Positions 61,077 to 64,000 of a DNA stretch of 64,000 nt are shown piece by piece. The position numbers and the translations under genes are program-made. The DNA is from Eledone cirrhosa (Eukaryota). The number at the start of each line of letters is the position of its first letter. Positions within the stretch are counted from its first letter, which is position 1. The notes below the pieces were generated by a model. It made no database searches. It was not told where the DNA came from and was given only the letters and a program-made list of their open reading frames with translations. Location of the stretch: contig OZ024743.1 of the NCBI GenBank assembly GCA_964016885.1, positions 21,080,001 to 21,144,000 of the forward strand, in the 5' to 3' direction.

Positions 61077-61320
61077 GATGTCAATATTATGTTAAAGATT
61101 AGCGAAAAAAGAGAACACTTATGCTGAACTAATGAAGAATCTGCAGATACTCCGCCCTGACTATAATTGTAGATGTATACCTGAGATAACTGGGGCTCTT
61201 AGATATGTTACCCTTTGAGAAGCTGGGCTTCACAGAACCAGAAAGAGCACAGCTAGTTAGGAAGTTGCAAGTACAGTTCACTGATAGAAGTGTAAAAATA
61301 TGTAAAACATTTCAGAGATG
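61077..61320 (+). mobile_element. R4/Dong-like non-LTR C-terminal fragment (restriction-like endonuclease end)
   Basis: DVNIMLKISEK/ENTYAELMKNLQILRPDY..IPEITGALRYV..LEKLGF..LVRKLQ..VKICKTF with frameshifts. Confidence 0.6.
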
Positions 61321-61609
61321 TATCATGTAATAACTACTTATACACATGTATCCATACAGAAAGATATGCATGTGTACACATATAATTCAAAACATACAGA
61401 TACACACATGCAGTAGCACCTATACCAGCACACACACACAAACACATTCAGACATATATATTTATCTAGTTGATGTTGTTTTAATTCCAATGAAAGTATC
61501 TTGTTTCTATGTTAGAAAATGACTCTCTCTCTCTATTGGTGAACATTTATAAAATAATAAAACTAGTAGAACATACATATAATATATACTACACACATAG
61601 ATGTATGCA

Positions 61610-61790
61610 TCCATGCATACATAATCCTTTAAAACCTCCATGTTTCCTGAGATTCGCCAACACTACACCTAATACACACATGTATATCATGATTCATACA
61701 CTATTCACTTCCATGACATTTGTACATTATTTTATGTACTATACATGCATCTTTGATGAGTTGTCGTGCACCTGAGCACTGTACACAATT

Positions 61791-61820
<30 letters not shown>
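61610..61820 (+). mobile_element. LINE-type 3' end with (ATT)n tail
   Basis: tttgatgagttgt.gtgcacctgagcactgtacac shared with 19527-19562. Confidence 0.7.
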
Positions 61821-61821
<1 letters not shown>

Positions 61822-62337
61822 ACATACATACATACATAATTCAAGATTAAAAAGAAAAAACACAGAGATACAAGTGCACAACAAAATCTTATTAGTTTTA
61901 GGTTTGTTCAGAAGGAAAAAGAATATCTCAATGTATCAGATTCAACAAAGAAATAAAAACAGAAGATCAACATAATGCAATGATAGTGTATTAGTTTAAC
62001 ACTTGATATAGTTGGAAAAGAGACTTAATATTTTTTTCGCTAATCATCTGAAGATAGAGTGAGAGAGATAGAATAAAATGGAAGATAGATGAGTGTAAAA
62101 AAAAAAAAAAAACCAGGATTAAGTGTTGCTAGAAGAGAAAGTCTATATGTTTGTTAGTCAACTTCAGTTTAATAGGTTTCAGCCAGTATTAGCTTAGGTA
62201 ATTTTTAACATTTCTAATGAGCAAGGAGTTGTTGGTAGAAACATATTAGGGTGTAGGTGTTTTATCTGAATTTCTTGTAGAAATTTGTCCAGGAACCATT
62301 TGAATGTTTTAGCAACTATTTACCTAACATGTTTCAG

Positions 62338-62680
62338 TATCATCATCATCATCATCATTTTACGTCCGCTTTTCCCTGCTTGCAAGGGTGAGACGATAAC
62401 TGATTCTGGCTTGATTTCTACAGCTGGATGCCCTTCCTAACACCAACCTCATTTACAGTGAGTGCTGGGTGCTTTTCGGCCGTGGCACCTCCACGACCAC
62501 TTTGCAGTGGAATGATAGGGACCCCAGTCCCTTTCATCTCATTTCTACAGCTGAGTAAACTGGAGCAATGTGAAATAAAGTGTCTTGCTCAAGGAAACAA
62601 CACATCACCCGGTCTGAGAATTGAACTCACAACCTTTTGATTGCAAGCCCAATGCTCTAACCACTAAGCCATGTGCCTCC
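62338..62680 (-). mobile_element. tRNA-derived SINE with RTE tail (copy of 13783-14130)
   Basis: Co-linear and highly similar. Confidence 0.88.
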
Positions 62681-63029
62681 ATATGATATTAATTTTCAAA
62701 TGTTACAATATACCAGACAAACCAACTGTGGTCAGTATATACACTGTGTAGGTGGTACTGTATACAGCAGAATATACAGTTATATCGAATGAATAGAAGT
62801 AAACACACACACGTACACCAGGTCTGAATACAGAGGAGCCGACTCCCACTACCATCGCCTCCATCTCTCACTATATTGATATAACTTTGCGAACTTTGAT
62901 AGGTCTTGGCCAGTATTGGTCCAGGCTATATCTAACTTAATAGCACCACCTGGCGAAATAAACGAAATATAGAGGAAGAATGACTCCAGTACTGGACAGG
63001 TACTTTTTTTATCTACCTCGAAAGGTCAA

Positions 63030-64000
63030 ACAAAGACAAAGGGAGCGCTTGGAAACTAGAATGTCTTCAAGCACTCACAGCCCACAGCAGTGCGCTCGAT
63101 AGAAACTCCACCTTGACAATCTACAGAGCGGGTAAAAACGATGACGTTCTTGGGGAGACACTGGGGTGTCAACGAAAATCAACTAGCCACTCTTTTCTAG
63201 AGGACTTTCAGTCCAGGCCCCATGGATAACTTCCAGGAATCCCTGACCTGGCAGGGTCACTGAGTAGCTTTGCCAGTTCGAGATATATTCTACAGGCATG
63301 GAAGGGCCGGCCGAGCCTGTCCAAGATACGCACAGGGTATGAAACCGTCTTGCACGCACTCATCGAGTGTCTGAGTATTGCTGACTTGTGGGTTTACGTC
63401 GAACACCACCACCCGTCACCTGTGGGATGAATCCGATTACCAACTGAGTTTATTGTGAAGATCACCTCACCAACTTCCTTTAGAGTGGAAGGACAGGCAG
63501 TTTTTATCTGCCTGGTGGTCATGGCAAAAAAAGGTAATGTGGTGGACGTGTTTGAAAGAGTTGCAGACAAGCCCTTTCCTCTTCGGCAAAGCCCGGATTA
63601 ACTTTTTAAGGTTTCAACTGAAGAGAAAAATCAGGGTGGAGAGGAAATGCTGCCTTCCAACCAGTTTGTTGGGAGGTGGGTGAGAGTGGTGAGTGGGGTC
63701 CGAGTGAATGGGCTGGCTCTGAGTATGCGCTTGTAAGTTGGAGGAGGATAAATGAGATAGGGCACTTGCCCTAGTGGTCAAGGTTTCCGTGATTTTCTGT
63801 GAGCTTTCTCAATGAGTGACCCTCTAAAGTATATCCACTTTTGTGGAATTGGTTATGTTTGACTTTTTAAATATTTATGTTTTTAGACTTTATTATAAAC
63901 CTTTCTGTTACACAAAAAAGCCCACACTGCACCTCCCTGTCCTCCTCACTGAAGCATTTTACTTTCTACATTCAAATCCCGTGGGGGTTCAATTTTCCTT
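63030..64000 (+). mobile_element. Tx1/L1-clade ORF2 3' fragment and 3' UTR
   Basis: MDNFQESLTWQ..LPVRD..CPR..ETVLHALIEC..LWVYVE (degenerate CCHC finger). Confidence 0.7.

Overview
Eukaryotic, AT-rich, microsatellite-dense genomic DNA. The SINE and RTE families look like those of octopod cephalopods, which is an inference. Most long ORFs in the track are (TA)n/(CA)n artefacts. Real content: (1) scattered small exons of one or two host genes on the minus strand; (2) RTE-clade LINEs, three with a PHD-type finger inside the RT; (3) tRNA-derived SINEs, a non-autonomous Helitron, two mariner remnants, pogo- and piggyBac-type MITEs, and R4-like and Tx1/L1-like fragments; (4) a complete GC-rich LTR retrotransposon (15266-19473, minus) with a 5-bp TSD, a -1 frameshift signal, DIRS-like RT/RNase H motifs, and a non-canonical primer-binding site complementary to nt 1-12 of tRNA-Phe; (5) a cluster, mostly at 24-51 kb, of Penelope-like elements (PLEs) and non-coding derivatives sitting in (TA)n tracts. 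These form nested, asymmetric fold-back structures and carry about eight distinct hammerhead-ribozyme (HHR) families, including a 312-bp tandem retrozyme-like unit and core-variant motifs. All structures were read by eye; nothing was computed or searched.
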